A DNA stretch of 64,000 nt from the IMG/VR virus record IMGVR_UViG_3300045988_131485, one strand, 5' to 3'. Below, piece after piece: positions 60,727-64,000 of this stretch. Under the pieces are notes generated by a model, which was not told the DNA's origin, ran no database searches, and was given only the letters and a program-made list of their open reading frames with translations. A program made the position numbers and the translations under genes. This DNA comes from a virus. How positions within the stretch are numbered: position 1 is the stretch's first letter; each line of letters opens with the position of its first letter.

Positions 60727-62001
60727 ATGGCTGGCTTAAAACGAACAGATAACAAAGGCCGTATCTTAAAAGACGGCGAAACCCAAAGGAAAGACGGTAC
60801 CTATCGTTTTACTTACACCGACGCAGATGGTGTTCGGCATGACGTGTATAGCAAACGGCTGGTTCCAACTGACCGCCTCCCTCCGGGCTGCAAAGACGAT
60901 CTCTGCCTTAGAGAAAAAGAACGAAAGATCAACCGCGATCTGGAAGACGGCATCAAGGCTGCGGTCGAAAACAAAGCTACGCTCAATGATCTGTTCGAGT
61001 TGTATATGGCAAACAAGCCCGAGCTGAAAGATACCACTCGTAGCAATTACCTCTATATGTATAACAAGTATGTGAGGAACGATATTGGCAAGAAAAAGAT
61101 AGCCAGTATCAAATATTCAGATGTCAAGGCTTTCTATAACAAGCTCATCAAAGAGAAGGGCTTCAAGCCTAACTCTATGGAAATTATTCACACCATCATC
61201 CACCCCATATTTACTCTGGCCGTCCGTGATAATCACATCCGTATCAACCCGGCTACCGGAGCGATGGCGGAAATCAAAAAGAGCCACAACTGGGAGAAGC
61301 CAAAGCGTCACGCGCTGACCATCGCAGAGCAGACGGCATTTATTGACTATATGAGAAATCACAAAGTTTATAATCATTGGCTCCCCTTGTTCACTGTCTT
61401 GCTTGGTACTGGATGCCGTATCGGTGAAGCCATTGGTCTGCGCTGGGAAGACTGCGACTTTGACGAAGGAATCATCAGTATCAACCACAATATGGTCTAC
61501 CGAAAGTATGAGGAAGACGAAAAGGCACGTTTCCATATCGTAACACCAAAAACAAGCGCCGGCGTCCGTATTGTGCCTATGTTGTCAGAGGTCAAAGCCG
61601 CTCTGCAAGCAGAATGGGAAACACAAAAGATAGTCGGGTTCAATGAGTCCGTTGTTGACGGGTATACTGGCTTCATCTTCCAAAACCGCTACGGCGATCC
61701 TCTCTCTCCTCATAGTGTCAACCGAGCTATTGACCGTATTTGTGCCGCCTACATCGAAGATGAAACGGTACTGGCCGATCAAGAGGGGCGAGATCCTGTA
61801 TTGATTCGTCACTTTTCTGCTCATAATCTGCGTCATACTTTCTGTACGCGGTTTTGTGAGAACGAGCGAAATATTAAAGTCATTCAGGAAATCATGGGTC
61901 ATGCCGATATTGAAACTACCATGAACATCTATGCCGAAGCTACAAAGGAAAAGAAGAAAGAATCTTTCTCCAACCTCGAAGGAAAAATCAAGATCTCTTG
62001 A
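60727..62001 (+). CDS. int: tyrosine site-specific recombinase / integrase
   Basis: LLGTGCRIGEAIGLRWEDCDF (Arg I), HNLRHTFCTRF (H-x-x-R), GHADIETTMNIYAE (catalytic Tyr region). ATG lies 8 nt after GGAGGA. Confidence 0.9.
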   Translation: MAGLKRTDNKGRILKDGETQRKDGTYRFTYTDADGVRHDVYSKRLVPTDRLPPGCKDDLCLREKERKINRDLEDGIKAAVENKATLNDLFELYMANKPELKDTTRSNYLYMYNKYVRNDIGKKKIASIKYSDVKAFYNKLIKEKGFKPNSMEIIHTIIHPIFTLAVRDNHIRINPATGAMAEIKKSHNWEKPKRHALTIAEQTAFIDYMRNHKVYNHWLPLFTVLLGTGCRIGEAIGLRWEDCDFDEGIISINHNMVYRKYEEDEKARFHIVTPKTSAGVRIVPMLSEVKAALQAEWETQKIVGFNESVVDGYTGFIFQNRYGDPLSPHSVNRAIDRICAAYIEDETVLADQEGRDPVLIRHFSAHNLRHTFCTRFCENERNIKVIQEIMGHADIETTMNIYAEATKEKKKESFSNLEGKIKIS

Positions 62002-62012
62002 GGAGGATTTCA

Positions 62013-62594
62013 ATGGGAAAGCTGATAGACCTTACCGACCGCACATTCGATATGCTGACCGTTATAAAAAGGGTTGAGGACAGAAAACCAGGCCGTCCTA
62101 TGTGGTTGTGCCAGTGTGAGTGCGGCAATACCGTTGTCGTGTCCTCTACAAATCTGCTACGAACCAATAGTACAAAATCATGCGGCTGTCTTCGGCATAC
62201 TTCCTCTCCCACCCTCATTGATTTGAGGGGCAAAACATTTGGCAAGTTGAAAGTAATAGAGAAAGATCCAGACTCAAAACCAGGTAAAGCGAAATGGGTT
62301 TGCGAATGCAAATGCGGAAACATCGTGTCTGTCCTCTCCGATAGTCTCCGCAATGGAAAAACCAGATCCTGCGGTTGCGCCCGATCTCAGATCAAGCATG
62401 ACCTTACAAATCAGGCATTCGGCTTTCTTAAAGTAATCGAGCCGGTAAAAAACGAGAGGATCAAAGGTAATGAAACTCGCTGGAAATGCCTCTGCCAGAA
62501 TTGTGGACGCACCGTTGAGGTTAGCAGCTATTGGTTGAGGCATAGCGATCCCTATGGACACTGCAAATGTACCAGATTTAACAAACCTTTGTAA
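62013..62594 (+). CDS. protein with three tandem ~47-aa zinc-ribbon repeats
   Basis: Three repeats of the pattern L.VI......G...W.C.C.CG....V.S..L......SCGC. ATG lies after GAGGAGG. Confidence 0.55.
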   Translation: MGKLIDLTDRTFDMLTVIKRVEDRKPGRPMWLCQCECGNTVVVSSTNLLRTNSTKSCGCLRHTSSPTLIDLRGKTFGKLKVIEKDPDSKPGKAKWVCECKCGNIVSVLSDSLRNGKTRSCGCARSQIKHDLTNQAFGFLKVIEPVKNERIKGNETRWKCLCQNCGRTVEVSSYWLRHSDPYGHCKCTRFNKPL

Positions 62595-62829
62595 AAGCTA
62601 TTTACAGCCTCTCTAAGCGCTTCAAATCTTAAAGGTAAAACTTACCCCCGAACAATTTAATCGCCGCTCCTGCGTTGCCCAGTGGCTCCGCTGGCAAAAA
62701 AAATAGGGTACAGAAATCCGTCGAGGAAATCTGTACCCTATCTTAATTCTCTTATCAAAAAAAACAGGGAGTCAGCCCGTAGGCCAACCCCCTGGTAAAA
62801 GAACCAACATTCGATTAGTCGCAACTTTG

Positions 62830-63465
62830 TCAATATAGATACTTCACAAGATCATCAGAAAGAAAATCTTTGATAACCAATGGAGGCTTTTTATCTTTAT
62901 CAGCGTATGTCATTGTAGAATACTTGTCCACAGAAGCATCCTTAGAAAAGATAAAATCAATGAACTCCGCGTCAGCGCTACTCTCAATCGCTTTATCCTT
63001 CACGCGCAATGTTCTGGGTAAAAACCAATCGTTTATCTTATTTCCTTCCAAATCAAGATTCTCAGACAAACCAATCGTAAAATCTAAATTGGTTACACCG
63101 ATTTTGTAAGTAAGGGTGACAGTCTTCATATCTTTTACAACGCATACAACATTATTTGTCAGTGCGGGCAACATCATCAAGCACGGAAGTTTTCTCTTCG
63201 CACCTCTGTATGTATGCTCCCTGTCATAGAAGATCTGACCAGCAGACAGCATTGAACTTTTTGCTTTGTCATAAAATTCTTGAGCACTGATAGAAGAATT
63301 TACGCCAGTCAAGTGCCTGAAGCGATCTGTCGGAAAAACTACTTCAAAGTAAGATTCTCCATACACATATAAGAAAACTCTACCAGCGAGTTTGTCCCGA
63401 TACACTTCTGAGGCAGTTATGATTTGCTTGCGGATCTGTTCGTCCTTGATATTTTTTGTATCCAT
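62830..63465 (-). CDS. PBECR4-like (phage Barnase-EndoU-ColicinE5/D-RelE-like) putative RNA nuclease
   Basis: VVFPTDRFRHLTGV.. and the overall pattern match my memory of the PBECR4 family. ATG 63465 lies after AGAGG. Confidence 0.45.
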   Translation of the reverse strand: MDTKNIKDEQIRKQIITASEVYRDKLAGRVFLYVYGESYFEVVFPTDRFRHLTGVNSSISAQEFYDKAKSSMLSAGQIFYDREHTYRGAKRKLPCLMMLPALTNNVVCVVKDMKTVTLTYKIGVTNLDFTIGLSENLDLEGNKINDWFLPRTLRVKDKAIESSADAEFIDFIFSKDASVDKYSTMTYADKDKKPPLVIKDFLSDDLVKYLY

Positions 63466-64000
63466 ATCTCTGCCTCTTTCGACAAACATAATCATAGAAA
63501 AGGAGGAATAGCCAACGCTATTCCTCCTTAGCTGCTTGGGTAGAGAGTTTTCTGCTGGTTGTCAGCCGCGACGCCCAGTTAAAGCGTCTATTGGTGCGGA
63601 AATAATTAAGTCCCCCGCATGGACTACAGCAGTTAATTCCCGCTGCCGGACGCGACACCCAGTTAAGATGTCATTCGGCGTGGGTTTTTATCCTGTCCCA
63701 CTCCCAGCACAACTTTTTACGGTGCTCTCACACCGGAAACATTACTGTTTCTATTATCATTATAGGCGGATTTCTCTGTTTTGTCAACAGGAAACTTCAT
63801 CCACATAATGCGCCATTTTTTGGCCCCCACCGGGGTAAAACCGTGGTATGTTCGGCAAATGTGGTAAAGCTGTGGTAAAATGAAAATCGCTTCTCAAATG
63901 CTACAACTTTTTGTTCTTAAAACAGGCGTTTTTCCTTGTTTTTAACCAATTTCAGAACATTTTTCAAGTATTACTCTCCGAGCGGCTTCATCGTGGGGAA

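Noticed and set aside
63567-63683. Two ~33-nt imperfect direct repeats (CGCGACRCCCAGTTAA..GTC..) 84 nt apart
   Set aside because: Identity is only about 23 of 33 positions, with two copies and no obvious associated gene. They may be remnants of a duplicated coding fragment (RRPVKASIG / TRHPVKMSFG in one frame). This is too weak to interpret.

Overview
This window is a gene-dense, almost entirely plus-strand segment of a large temperate phage or prophage-like element with Firmicutes-style signals: GGAGG ribosome-binding sites, TTGACA-17-TATAAT-type promoters, an ImmR/ImmA-type switch at 8.2-9.3 kb, and a tyrosine integrase in an AT-richer block at 60.3-63.5 kb. No capsid, tail or terminase genes are recognisable here. 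From left to right the content is: unknown genes plus a methyltransferase-SNF2 helicase fusion (0-8.2 kb); the lysogeny switch; an RNA-centred island (11.3-19 kb) holding a tRNA cluster, a Ro/TROVE-like DUF2828-vWA gene, a cysteine desulfurase, an Rnl5-type RNA ligase, an RlaP-like nucleotidyltransferase and a kinase-HD healing enzyme; two PP-loop proteins around a FolD-like gene; an NAD island (PncA-like, Prs/Adps-like, NAMPT/Namat-like, NadE); three adjacent DNA methyltransferases (six in the window); an ABC importer with a PspA-like protein and an OmpA-anchored binding protein; a replication and recombination block (HD, Sak, SSB, Cas4-like nuclease, HAD, primase-helicase, DnaE); a nucleotide-metabolism block (ThyX-like, dNMP kinase, nucleotidase, NrdDG, P-loop-dUTPase); and a second RNA-modification group (Thg1-like, RlmN-like radical SAM). 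The most unusual things read directly from the sequence are these. (1) A 1.1-kb segment bounded by 12-bp inverted repeats splits the DUF2828 gene and carries three tRNA genes. (2) Those three tRNA genes each have a 43-51 nt insertion in the anticodon arm, and the insertions share a conserved element. (3) A related 16-nt junction motif recurs at least 14 times at gene boundaries. (4) There are eleven G/C homopolymer tracts, nearly all exactly 8 nt, and four of them break reading frames. (5) A C5-methyltransferase is split and circularly permuted. All functional calls come from motif recognition by eye. No database search was run.
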